In this document: in pieces, positions 27,000 through 36,560 of the stretch
Layout: each line of letters opens with the position of its first letter
Numbering within the stretch: position 1 is the first letter of the stretch
Notes under the pieces: model-generated
Told to the model about the DNA's origin: nothing
Seen by the model: the letters and a program-made list of their open reading frames with translations, nothing else
Database searches by the model: none
Position numbers and translations under genes: made by a program
Origin: Bacillota bacterium
GTDB lineage: Bacteria; Bacillota; Clostridia; Christensenellales; SZUA-584
NCBI GenBank assembly: GCA_023391105.1
Contig: JAEWBO010000025.1
Coordinates: 92,335-156,334 of the forward strand
DNA: 64,000 bases
Direction: 5' to 3'

Positions 27000-28391
27000 A
27001 TGTTCCAACAGGAAAGCAAGTTAAATAGGGCAACATACTTAATGCTGATCATATTGATATGCGAGTGTGTAGTAGGATCCAGTGGCCGATGGTTGGAGAT
27101 AGGAAGTTTAAGTATTCGGATGTTACTTTTTGGCATTACATTTATTTTATCGTTGCCGTTTGTAATTCGAGATGTATTGAGGTTGATTAAAAATAAGGTC
27201 ATATTCTCGATACTTGTATTTGGATTATTCGTTTGTTTTTCACTAATATATGGGTATATAAAAAATAATAATCTACAATATCTTACTGCAGATTTGACCA
27301 GTATGCTTTTTTTATTGATTGTTCCTGGTTGTATAGCTATTTTTAATACTTCTCAACGAATAGACAATCTCATTAAGTATGCGAGTTATGCTTCTATCTT
27401 GCTAGCAATTGTAACGATTATTCTACATTTTGCATTATTATGGATTGGTGATGATGCAGTTAATCACATTGAACACTTTCTTGTTTCTAAAAGCCTAGGT
27501 GGTTTCTTTAATTTCGGTGATGGAATTAGCAGGATTTATTTCAGAAGCTCAATATGCTTTGTTTTACCCTTTTTCTATGGATTGTACGCTATTATAAAAC
27601 ATAAAAATGATGAAGTTAGAAAGAAACAAATATTGCCATACTTTTTTATGTCGATAAGTTTTATAGCGATTATTCTTACATTTACGCGTTCAATATGGTT
27701 TGGAGTTTTCGTCGCAACTATATTGTTCTTTGTTATTAATATGAAACAATATAAAGCATTCTTTAAGGGGATTGTTATTACATTGGCGGGCTTTATAATA
27801 TTCGTTGCCATTTCATGGATATGCTTTGGGTTTGAAGGTATTATCAAAAATGCAGTAGGAAGAGTACTTCTTGGCTATAATTATTCTGTTTCTTTGAGTG
27901 ATATTGAGGAAGGGAATTCGGAAATAGTTGAAACAGAGACTGATGCAGAGCCGTATAGTTTTGAAGAACGACAGAAAGATATCGCAATAAACTCAGAAGC
28001 AGTCAGAAATGATAGACTAAATGCTGTGGCAGAAGAAATAAGAGAAAATTGGTTGTTGGGTGGTGGCTTTGGATTAACTCTTGACCTTGATATATATGAA
28101 GGAAAAGTGGAATACACCTATATGGATGTCTTTAGCAAGATGGGTATATTCGGGCTGATTTCAATTATTGTCATGCTGCTTATGCCAGTGTATCAGTTAT
28201 ATAAAAAGCATAGGCAGGGGGAATATAACGGTGCAATGGGAATATTGATGTGTGTGATGATCTGCATATATATGGCGTCTTACTATAATCCGTTCATTAC
28301 ATCACCTATTGGGTTTGCGTTATTTGCCTTATTTGTAGCATCGGTATCTCTAAAACCACCAAAAGACGCTCTATCCATACAACCTAAGTAG
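27000..28391 (+). CDS. O-antigen polymerase/ligase-family membrane protein (Wzy-like)
   Basis: 463 aa, about 10-12 TM segments. It has a TFTRSIWFGVFVATILFF segment and a large hydrophilic loop (residues about 290-350) typical of the Wzy_C / O-antigen ligase family. Confidence 0.7.
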   Translation: MFQQESKLNRATYLMLIILICECVVGSSGRWLEIGSLSIRMLLFGITFILSLPFVIRDVLRLIKNKVIFSILVFGLFVCFSLIYGYIKNNNLQYLTADLTSMLFLLIVPGCIAIFNTSQRIDNLIKYASYASILLAIVTIILHFALLWIGDDAVNHIEHFLVSKSLGGFFNFGDGISRIYFRSSICFVLPFFYGLYAIIKHKNDEVRKKQILPYFFMSISFIAIILTFTRSIWFGVFVATILFFVINMKQYKAFFKGIVITLAGFIIFVAISWICFGFEGIIKNAVGRVLLGYNYSVSLSDIEEGNSEIVETETDAEPYSFEERQKDIAINSEAVRNDRLNAVAEEIRENWLLGGGFGLTLDLDIYEGKVEYTYMDVFSKMGIFGLISIIVMLLMPVYQLYKKHRQGEYNGAMGILMCVMICIYMASYYNPFITSPIGFALFALFVASVSLKPPKDALSIQPK

Positions 28392-29405
28392 GTGAACATT
28401 GTGCCAAAAATATCCATTGCCATGACCACCTATAATGGAGAAAGATTTATTCGAGAACAGTTATGTTCTTTAAAGAATCAGACATTACGTGCTGATGAGG
28501 TGGTCATCTTCGATGATTGTTCATCAGATCGTACGGTGGAAATCATAAAAGCCTTCATTAACGAGTTTGACTTGGATTGGGAGCTAAGTGTAAATGAGCA
28601 TAATCATGGATACATAGAAAACTTTTATAAAGCGATTCAAGCCACCACTGGAGATATTATTTTTTTGTCCGACCAGGATGATGTTTGGCATCTAGAGAAG
28701 ATTGAAACAATGGTGGGCTTATTTCAGGAACACAAAGACTTACAAGTTCTGAGTACTGGCTTTCGGAAAATTGATGAGCACGGCAATCCTATAGCGACTA
28801 AGCAGAAACTAGGCTATACAAATCATGGTTTGATCAAAGGCCATATTCGCAAGCTTGGTTTAAAAAGAATAGGTTTTCAAAATATTTTTCGCGTCAACAT
28901 TTCTCCCGGTTGCACAGCAGCTTTTGCAAAGAAATGCAAGGAGCTTTATATTGATAATGCAACTGGACAATGGTGTCATGATTGGGAACTCTGCATTTTT
29001 GGTGGAATGATTGATGGTTTGTTTTTTTATAATGAAGCGCTTACCGACTATCGCCTGCATGGTAATAACACGATTGGGCTTAAAGATACTATGACCGGTT
29101 CTTTGCATAAGGACGATAGATATACCCGTTTAGAGCTGGCGCAAATGGAATGTGAGAGAACTGATCTATATATGACTCAAGCGCTCTTAGACACAATGGG
29201 AGACAAGAATAGAAAGATTTTACGACGGTACTGGCGTTTCACGAGTAGCCGTGTAAAAGCTCTGGAGAATAATAGATTATCCGCATGGCTACAATGTATT
29301 CGTCATTTAACTACATATTTAAAAGCGGTGCGCATAAGAGGAGTGATTGGCGATCTTTTATACATTGTTAACCATTTGGGAAGGCGGGAGACAGTGAATG
29401 AATAA
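28392..29405 (+). CDS. Glycosyltransferase family 2 (paralog of 25461..26213)
   Basis: KISIAMTTYNGERFIREQLCSLKNQ...IFDDCSSDRT...FLSDQDDVW. GTG start at 28392 or 28401. Confidence 0.8.
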   Translation: MNIVPKISIAMTTYNGERFIREQLCSLKNQTLRADEVVIFDDCSSDRTVEIIKAFINEFDLDWELSVNEHNHGYIENFYKAIQATTGDIIFLSDQDDVWHLEKIETMVGLFQEHKDLQVLSTGFRKIDEHGNPIATKQKLGYTNHGLIKGHIRKLGLKRIGFQNIFRVNISPGCTAAFAKKCKELYIDNATGQWCHDWELCIFGGMIDGLFFYNEALTDYRLHGNNTIGLKDTMTGSLHKDDRYTRLELAQMECERTDLYMTQALLDTMGDKNRKILRRYWRFTSSRVKALENNRLSAWLQCIRHLTTYLKAVRIRGVIGDLLYIVNHLGRRETVNE

Positions 29406-30186
29406 AACCGTTATATATGCCCTCGTTGTTATTTATAACAAAGAATGCACAGACTCAATAGCTTGCCAATGTCTGAAAACTATAAGTGATGTCTGTGTGA
29501 TTATTGCAGACAACAGCACGATTCCAACGTCAAATGCAGACTTCGCTCAACAAAATGGCTGGAAGTACGTGAGCATGGGAGGCAATTTTGGTCTTGCAAA
29601 GGCGTATAATCGTGGAATTGAATTAGCTGAGGTGCAGAACTCAATTATTTGCTTGTTTGATGACGATACTGAGGTAGATAAGAATTATTTCGAAGAATTG
29701 ATGCAAAAGGAACGGGAAGAGCCTGATACAAAGTTGTTTCTCCCGTTGGTTTACGATGAAATCGGTCTTTTGTCACCCAGCGTGATAAAAGGGCTTGTCG
29801 TCTCACGCGTAACCGATATATCTGACATCGAAGCAGAGAACATCAATGGCATCAACAGTGGCATGGCGATTCGACGCGATGTTTTTTACGACTACAGATA
29901 CGATGAGTCTTATTTTCTAGACTATATCGATCACGCATTTATTAGGGATATAAAACAACGTGGTTTAAAAATATCGGTATTTTCTGTGCAATTAAAACAA
30001 GCGTTTTTTGCAAATTCTCAGGCTGAAATAGCAGCCATAATAAAACGTTTTAAGATATTTAAGAAAGACTTTAAACATTTTTGCGGAGAATCACCAGAGG
30101 GTTGCAAATATTACCGCAAAGAGATTACTGAGCAAAAAAAAGCGATGTTTCTAAAATTTAAGAATATTCGCCTGCTGTTGATGTAA
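29398..30186 (+). CDS. Glycosyltransferase (paralog of 26206..26973)
   Basis: ALVVIYNKE...IIADNSTIP...NFGLAKAYN...CLFDDDTEV...INSGMAIR...FLDYIDHAF. 8-nt overlap with the upstream GT2. Confidence 0.75.
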   Translation: MNKTVIYALVVIYNKECTDSIACQCLKTISDVCVIIADNSTIPTSNADFAQQNGWKYVSMGGNFGLAKAYNRGIELAEVQNSIICLFDDDTEVDKNYFEELMQKEREEPDTKLFLPLVYDEIGLLSPSVIKGLVVSRVTDISDIEAENINGINSGMAIRRDVFYDYRYDESYFLDYIDHAFIRDIKQRGLKISVFSVQLKQAFFANSQAEIAAIIKRFKIFKKDFKHFCGESPEGCKYYRKEITEQKKAMFLKFKNIRLLLM

Positions 30187-30199
30187 TATCAACATAATA

Positions 30200-31195
30200 A
30201 TGGTCGAGGTAAATATGATAAGTATACTTGTTCCGATATACAATGCCGAGCAGTACATAAAGCGATGCATTGATTCTATACTTGCACAAACATATATGGA
30301 TTTTGAGCTTATTTTGTTGGATGACGGGTCTAAAGATAATAGTGGCACCATATGTGATGAATATGCGGCAAAGGATAGTCGGGTTAAAGTCATACACACA
30401 TCAAACAATGGTGTAGGAATTGCGCGCAACCGGTTAATCGACGCAGCTGACGGCGATTATTTATGTTTTGTTGATAGTGATGATTATATTGAACGTGATA
30501 TGCTGGAGGTTCTTTATCATAACATAATACAATATGGTGCCGACATATCTTTATGCGGTATACGCATGATATTCCCCAAAATTGTGAAAAGCAGCAATAA
30601 CGACCCGTCAGAACAGAGGTTACTCAATAAGAAAGAAGCTGTTTGCGAGCTGATTGATAACTGGAAAATTACTTGTAGTACTTGGAGTAAATTGTACAAA
30701 GCTGAGTTGTTTGAGGGAATACGGTATGCGGAAATAGCAGCATTTGAAGACATGTTAACTACATACAAACTATTTCAAAAAAGTGAATCTATAGTGTATG
30801 ATGGGCGACTGCTCTATAACTATGTGAATACACCGGATAGCTTGATGAGGATCAAATTCAATCCTCATCATTTTGCTGAGCTTGAAGCTTTAAAAATGAT
30901 GACTGAGAATATTGGTGCTGCCTATCCAGATTTGATTCCAAAGCTTAAAATAAACGAGCTAAAAACAAAAGTATATATATGTAACCGGATTATTTCTGAA
31001 TCTCCGGAAATGAGCCAATTATATAATGATTTAGCGGCAGAAATAAGGGATAGTCATAAAGAACTGATGAGATCTGAATATGTGGGCACGAAAGTAAAAA
31101 TTATGGTTGCCATTATGAAAACAAGTGACAGGCTATATAAAGCCTGTGTAAAGACAGTGAAGTATATTGTCAACGGTAGAAGAAGGCACGCATGA
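30200..31195 (+). CDS. Glycosyltransferase family 2
   Basis: ISILVPIYNAEQYIKRCIDSILAQTYMDFELILLDDGSKDNS...NNGVGIARN...FVDSDDY. An alternative ATG is at 30215. Confidence 0.85.
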   Translation: MVEVNMISILVPIYNAEQYIKRCIDSILAQTYMDFELILLDDGSKDNSGTICDEYAAKDSRVKVIHTSNNGVGIARNRLIDAADGDYLCFVDSDDYIERDMLEVLYHNIIQYGADISLCGIRMIFPKIVKSSNNDPSEQRLLNKKEAVCELIDNWKITCSTWSKLYKAELFEGIRYAEIAAFEDMLTTYKLFQKSESIVYDGRLLYNYVNTPDSLMRIKFNPHHFAELEALKMMTENIGAAYPDLIPKLKINELKTKVYICNRIISESPEMSQLYNDLAAEIRDSHKELMRSEYVGTKVKIMVAIMKTSDRLYKACVKTVKYIVNGRRRHA

Positions 31196-32733
31196 GAACT
31201 AAGCATTCAATTCGAAATGTCATGGTGGGGATTATATCTCAAGCTTTGATAGTCATCATCGGATTTGTTTCGAGGAAAATATTAATTGTCACTCTTGGCT
31301 ACGAGCTTGCGGGTATAAACAACTTATTAACGCCAGTTATTTCTATGCTGGGCTTAACAGAGCTTGGTATAGGTACAGCGATAATCTGCAATCTATATAA
31401 GCCATTAGCGGATAGTGATGAGCATAAGATTACAGCTTTGGTTCAATTCTATGCGAAGGCTTACCGATGGATTGGTTTTATCGTGCTGGGCCTTGGCTTG
31501 GCGGTTACCCCATTTCTCAATGTCCTGCTCAAAGATCCCATGGATCCGACGTATCTTGCGATCATATTTCTGTTATTTTTATCAGATACTGTCATGTCCT
31601 ATTTCTTCGCACACAAAAGGTCTTTGCTATTTGCCGATCAACGCAACGATATCGTTATGACAGTCAGTATGGTCAGCACAATAACGGCAAGCTTGGTGCA
31701 AATCGTCTTACTTTTGCTCACGCAGAATTATATTCTATATTTGAGCTTTAAGGTTGTCATACGTGTTGTTGAAAACTTTATACTGGCTCGAATCGCGGAC
31801 AAGCGATATCCGTATATCAAGCATGTACCCCGAATATCTTTAGACGGAGAAACAAAAGAACGTATTGTTTCCAACACAAAGGCGTTGTCATTGCATTATG
31901 TAGGCAATTACCTAATAACTGGCACTGATAATATTATTATCTCTAAGTTTTTAGGGTTGGTCATTAACGCGTTCTATGGGAACTACTTTTTGATACTGAC
32001 GACTTTAAGAACGCTGATTAGTCAATTCTCAACGGGTATAATGGCTTCGTTCGGGAATATGCTTACGGAAGAAAATAGTGAAAAAACACATGATGTTTTT
32101 AAGAAAGCGTATTTTTTAAATTTTGTGATTTATAATTTCGCATCAGTTGCCCTGCTGTGTCTTTTAAATCCGTTCATCACGCTTTGGATTGGCAGCGAAT
32201 CATTGCTGTCTATGCCAGTCGTCATGATTTTATCGCTGAATTTTTATATCACAGGTATTTCTGAAGTGCTGGGTTCGCTTCGGACAAGCGCAGGAATATT
32301 TCAGCCAGATAAGTACCTGCACATTGCCCTTTCGGTGCTCAATTTGGTGGTGTCCGTCGGTTTGGTGCAGGTTATTGGTATATTCGGTATTTTTTTGGGC
32401 ACGCTAATCTGTCTGCTGATTAAAGAAGTCACCGTGTTACCGCGTATTGTTTATAGACGTATACTAAACGTTCCGGTGTGTGAATATTACAAAAGAGTGG
32501 TTCCATACTTTCTCACCACATTGCTATCAGCGGCACTTTCTGCGTCTGTATGCTTATATGCTATTCCCATTGGAGGTATAATCGGCTTTTTGCTGAAATG
32601 TATAGTTTGTCTGCTTATACCCAACGGGCTTATCTTATTACTGTACAGAAGGACGAAAGAGTTTATTTATGCTGGGGATTTAATGAAGCAAGCATTGGTT
32701 AAATTCGGCAGGAAGGAGGAAACGGCGAGATGA
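31192..32733 (+). CDS. Oligosaccharide flippase (Wzx; MOP/PST superfamily)
   Basis: 513 aa, about 14 TM segments. N-terminus SIRNVMVGIISQALIVIIGFVSRKILIVTLGYELAGINNLL is typical of polysaccharide-biosynthesis (PST) flippases. 4-nt overlap upstream. Confidence 0.85.
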   Translation: MRTKHSIRNVMVGIISQALIVIIGFVSRKILIVTLGYELAGINNLLTPVISMLGLTELGIGTAIICNLYKPLADSDEHKITALVQFYAKAYRWIGFIVLGLGLAVTPFLNVLLKDPMDPTYLAIIFLLFLSDTVMSYFFAHKRSLLFADQRNDIVMTVSMVSTITASLVQIVLLLLTQNYILYLSFKVVIRVVENFILARIADKRYPYIKHVPRISLDGETKERIVSNTKALSLHYVGNYLITGTDNIIISKFLGLVINAFYGNYFLILTTLRTLISQFSTGIMASFGNMLTEENSEKTHDVFKKAYFLNFVIYNFASVALLCLLNPFITLWIGSESLLSMPVVMILSLNFYITGISEVLGSLRTSAGIFQPDKYLHIALSVLNLVVSVGLVQVIGIFGIFLGTLICLLIKEVTVLPRIVYRRILNVPVCEYYKRVVPYFLTTLLSAALSASVCLYAIPIGGIIGFLLKCIVCLLIPNGLILLLYRRTKEFIYAGDLMKQALVKFGRKEETAR

Positions 32734-33845
32734 AAATTATCGCGTTTTATCTGCCTCAATTTCATGAGATAGAAGAGAATAATCGCTGGTGGGGGGATGG
32801 ATTTACAGAATGGACCAATGTAAGACGTGCCAAACCACTTTATAAAGGACATTACCAGCCCCGTATTCCCCTTAATAAGCGCTACTATAACCTGCTGGAT
32901 CCTGAGACGCGGCAGTGGCAGGCTGATATAGCAAAGAAGCACGGTGTTTATGGATTTTGCTACTATCATTATTGGTTTAATGGGGCAATGTTGCTTGAAA
33001 AGCCCGCAGAGGAGATGCTTCGTTTAAAGAAGCCGGATATGCCTTTTTGCTTTAGCTGGGCAAACGAGAGCTGGACAAGAGCTTGGAAGGGGAAGGAAAG
33101 AGAAATCCTTATCTCACAGGAGTACGGGGAAGAACAAGATTGGATCGAGCATTTTGAGTACTTGCTGCCTTTTTTTATGGACAGACGGTACATTTTAGTA
33201 GACGAAAAGCCGCTCTTCGTTATATATCGGCCTGAGCTGATGCCATGCTGTAATCAGATGATTGACTGCTGGCAGGAGCAGGCGAAGAAGAATGGATTAA
33301 AGGGGCTGACAATCGCTTATCAGAATGTTCATTTTAACCGTTTAGACGAAAAGGATGAAAGCCGTTTTGATTATGGCATTGAATATCAGCCGGCATATGC
33401 GTTTACAGATTATTCTGACGATTATCGTTCGCGGCTTTTTAAAAGGCTTTTTACTGTATTCAGACGTAAAATCAGGAAAGTATCATCTGTACTTTTAGGT
33501 AAACCGGATATGTCTAAACGGCTGGATTTAAGTTATGATGAGCTTTGGCGTTATGTGCTGGCACGCGAACCTAATAATGAAAAGAAAATACCGGGTGCCT
33601 TCGTTGACTGGGATAATTCACCGAGGCACAAAGAGCGTGGGGTTATATATAGAGGAGCGTCTCCTGAAAAATTTCAGGTATATCTGAGTCAACAGATTGC
33701 AAGGGCAAAAAATGTGTACCATAAGGATATGCTTTTCTTGTTTGCATGGAATGAGTGGGCGGAGGGTGGATATCTTGAACCGGATGAAAAATATGGATAC
33801 GCATACCTTGAAGCCATCAAGAATGCAATGATAGAAAATGAGTAA
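32730..33845 (+). CDS. WbsX-family (GH99-like fold) glycosyltransferase-like protein
   Basis: MKIIAFYLPQFHEIEENNRWWGDGFTEWTNVRRAKPLYKGHYQPRIPL is the hallmark N-terminus of the Glyco_tran_WbsX family. Confidence 0.8.
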   Translation: MKIIAFYLPQFHEIEENNRWWGDGFTEWTNVRRAKPLYKGHYQPRIPLNKRYYNLLDPETRQWQADIAKKHGVYGFCYYHYWFNGAMLLEKPAEEMLRLKKPDMPFCFSWANESWTRAWKGKEREILISQEYGEEQDWIEHFEYLLPFFMDRRYILVDEKPLFVIYRPELMPCCNQMIDCWQEQAKKNGLKGLTIAYQNVHFNRLDEKDESRFDYGIEYQPAYAFTDYSDDYRSRLFKRLFTVFRRKIRKVSSVLLGKPDMSKRLDLSYDELWRYVLAREPNNEKKIPGAFVDWDNSPRHKERGVIYRGASPEKFQVYLSQQIARAKNVYHKDMLFLFAWNEWAEGGYLEPDEKYGYAYLEAIKNAMIENE

Positions 33846-33968
33846 AATAAAAATACGCTTTAGGGGCTAAATGTGGCATTATTGATATATATCAAACTTT
33901 ATGTTACACTTATATTAACTATAATGTTTGGTTTATATCCGTAAGATGACTAGCAGTAGGGAGATTAT

Positions 33969-34937
33969 ATGATCACTGTCTTAATGGCCGCATATAATGG
34001 TGAGAAGTATATCGGAGAACAAATAGAATCCATTATATACCAAACATATACTGATTGGAAGCTTGTTATTAAAGACGATCATTCAACTGACAATACTTTA
34101 AAAATTGCGTATGATTATGAGAGCAAGTACCCGGAGAAGATAAGAGTACTCACCCAGGATATAAATACAGGAAATGCATCCCATAATTTTTTCAGCATGC
34201 TTCCGTATGCAGATGGTGACTATATTATGTTCGCTGACGATGATGATGTGTGGATACCAGAAAAAATGAGCATGTCACTGAATATCATGAGTGCATTGGA
34301 GTTGAGGCATGGATCAGATAAGCCAATATTGGTGCATTCTGATTTGGAAGTGGTAGATATTAAATTACAAAGGGTTGCCAAATCGTTATTTTCGTGGCAA
34401 AGGCTTGACTGGAAACATAATAGTCTAAACTACTTGCTAGCGCAGAATATTGTAACGGGTTGTACAATTATGGTTAACAAGCCGTTGCTTGAAATGGTTA
34501 GCAAACCTCCCCAAAATGCCATAATTCATGATTGGTGGTTTGCATTAGTAGCAGCTGCTTTTGGTGATATTGGCTTTGTTGATTACTCGACAGTTAAATA
34601 TCGTCAGCATGGAATGAACCAAATTGGGGCTAAAAACGCAAAAAGTATCCGTTATTATATTAATAGGCTGCGAAAAATTGGTCAGACAAAGAAAGAAATG
34701 GATGCAACCTGCTTACAGGCAAAAGAGTTTTTTGATCGGTATGAAACCCATATGAATATGGATATGAAGCAAATGATCCAGGCGTATATTTCGTTACCCA
34801 AAGAATCTCTCATTGGAAGGATTCATATTCTTAGCAAATATCGTTTTTGGAAGAGCGGCCTGTTACGAAGGTTGGGGCAGATTGTTATGAGGCATTCTAT
34901 GCTCAATAGTCATGAAAACTTTAAATATTTTAAATGA
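33969..34937 (+). CDS. Glycosyltransferase family 2 (third AYNGE...DDDDVW paralog)
   Basis: MITVLMAAYNGEKYIGEQIESIIYQTYTDWKLVIKDDHSTDNT...FADDDDVW. Confidence 0.85.
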   Translation: MITVLMAAYNGEKYIGEQIESIIYQTYTDWKLVIKDDHSTDNTLKIAYDYESKYPEKIRVLTQDINTGNASHNFFSMLPYADGDYIMFADDDDVWIPEKMSMSLNIMSALELRHGSDKPILVHSDLEVVDIKLQRVAKSLFSWQRLDWKHNSLNYLLAQNIVTGCTIMVNKPLLEMVSKPPQNAIIHDWWFALVAAAFGDIGFVDYSTVKYRQHGMNQIGAKNAKSIRYYINRLRKIGQTKKEMDATCLQAKEFFDRYETHMNMDMKQMIQAYISLPKESLIGRIHILSKYRFWKSGLLRRLGQIVMRHSMLNSHENFKYFK

Positions 34938-35009
34938 CTTGCTTTAAAGAAAGACTAGCTATATACTTTGTCAGGGTATTAAGTTATATTGAGTTGTTAG
35001 GAAGGAAAA

Positions 35010-35788
35010 ATGTTAAAAACAGGTATTACTAAATATTGGATGTTGTTGGGTGAACTGGTTAAAAGAGATATAAAGATCAAGTATAAAGGTTCGGCACTTG
35101 GTATCGTCTGGTCTGTAATCAATCCGCTCCTGATTATGCTTGTGATGAGTGTTGTTTTTGGTATGCTTTTTCGGTTCGAAATTGAGCACTATATTGTCTA
35201 CCTGCTCACCGGCCAAGTTTTTTTCAGTTTTATGAACGAAGCCACTACGATATCGATGAATTCAATTATATGGAACGGATCTCTGCTTAGAAAAATATAC
35301 GTACCAAAGTATATTTTTCCTATATCAAAGGTTCTATCTACTTTGGTAAACTTGGGATTTAATCTCATATCTGTTTTTGTCATTATGGCCATTGACGGGG
35401 TTACCTTTTCATGGGCTCTTCTCATGATACCCGTAGCGATTTTTTACTTGTTTCTATTTTCGATGGGATTGGGTTTGCTGTTGGCCACTATTGTTGTGTT
35501 CTTCAGAGATATCCAGCATATTTATGGAGTTATAACCTTAGCATGGACATACTTGACACCAATCTTTTATCCCATCTCGATTATTGAAAAATATGAAAAT
35601 ATCTACGTGTTATTTACAAACTGAACCCAATGTACCAGTTTATTAATTATTTTAGAATACTCGTCCTGGAACAAAGTGTTCCTGGGATCGAGTTTAAAGC
35701 GGTTTGTATGTTTTATGGTGTTGTGATGTTGTTTATTGGACTGGCTGTTTTTAAATCAAAACAATATAAGTTCCTTAATTACGTATAA
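35010..35788 (+). pseudogene. ABC-2-type polysaccharide/teichoic-acid export permease (Wzm/TagG-like), interrupted by a frameshift
   Basis: The 204-aa ORF (ELVKRDIKIKYKGSALGIVWSVINPLL...) stops at TGA 35622-35624. The -1 frame from CTG 35621 continues LNPMYQFINYFRILVLEQSVPG...MLFIGLAVFKSKQYKFLNYV* to 35788, which supplies the conserved NP-motif segment and the last TM helix. Confidence 0.75.
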
Positions 35789-35796
35789 GGTGGATC

Positions 35797-36531
35797 ATGG
35801 CTGAAAATATTATTTTGGAAGCAAAAAACGTTTCCATGAGATTTAATCTGAATAGCGAAAAAATTTATGACTTGAAAGAATTCATCATCAGAGCCCTTAA
35901 GGGAAAGCTTCATTATGAAGAGTTTTGGGCACTAAAAGATGTTTCCTTTGAATTGCAAAGAGGAGAGAGCCTTGGGATCATTGGCTTAAACGGAGCCGGT
36001 AAGAGTACGCTTTTAAGATTGATAGCTGGCGTCCAAAAGCCAACCAAGGGTGAGATCAGGACATACGGCACTATCGCGCCGTTGATTGAACTGGGGGCAG
36101 GCTTTGACGCTGAATTAACGGCCAGAGATAATATATATCTTAATGGTGCGTTTCTTGGCTTTAACAGAAAAATGATGAACGAAAAGCTCGATGAGATTAT
36201 CGAATTCTCAGAGTTGCAGGAGTTTATTGACGTGCCGCTAAAGAATTTTTCATCAGGTATGCACGCAAGATTGGGCTTTGCCATTGCGACACTGGTTAAG
36301 CCTGATTTACTTCTGGTTGACGAAGTTTTGTCTGTGGGTGATTTTCGTTTTCAAGAAAAATGTGAGAAACGGCTAAACGATATAATCAGCGGCGGAACTT
36401 CCGTGGTATTTGTTTCGCACTCAATTGAACAGGTTGAGCGACTGTGTAATAAAGTTCTGTGGCTGGACAACCATACAACCAAAATGCTTGGCGAAAGTTC
36501 ACACATTTGCGAACTCTTTAAAAATCAGTAA
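35797..36531 (+). CDS. ABC transporter ATP-binding protein (Wzt/TagH-like, no C-terminal carbohydrate-binding domain)
   Basis: Walker A GLNGAGKST, signature FSSGMHARLGFA, Walker B LLLVDEVLSVGD. Only 244 aa. Confidence 0.9.
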   Translation: MAENIILEAKNVSMRFNLNSEKIYDLKEFIIRALKGKLHYEEFWALKDVSFELQRGESLGIIGLNGAGKSTLLRLIAGVQKPTKGEIRTYGTIAPLIELGAGFDAELTARDNIYLNGAFLGFNRKMMNEKLDEIIEFSELQEFIDVPLKNFSSGMHARLGFAIATLVKPDLLLVDEVLSVGDFRFQEKCEKRLNDIISGGTSVVFVSHSIEQVERLCNKVLWLDNHTTKMLGESSHICELFKNQ

Positions 36532-36560
36532 TTGTATTCATTATAGAACGAGGTGTCTTT

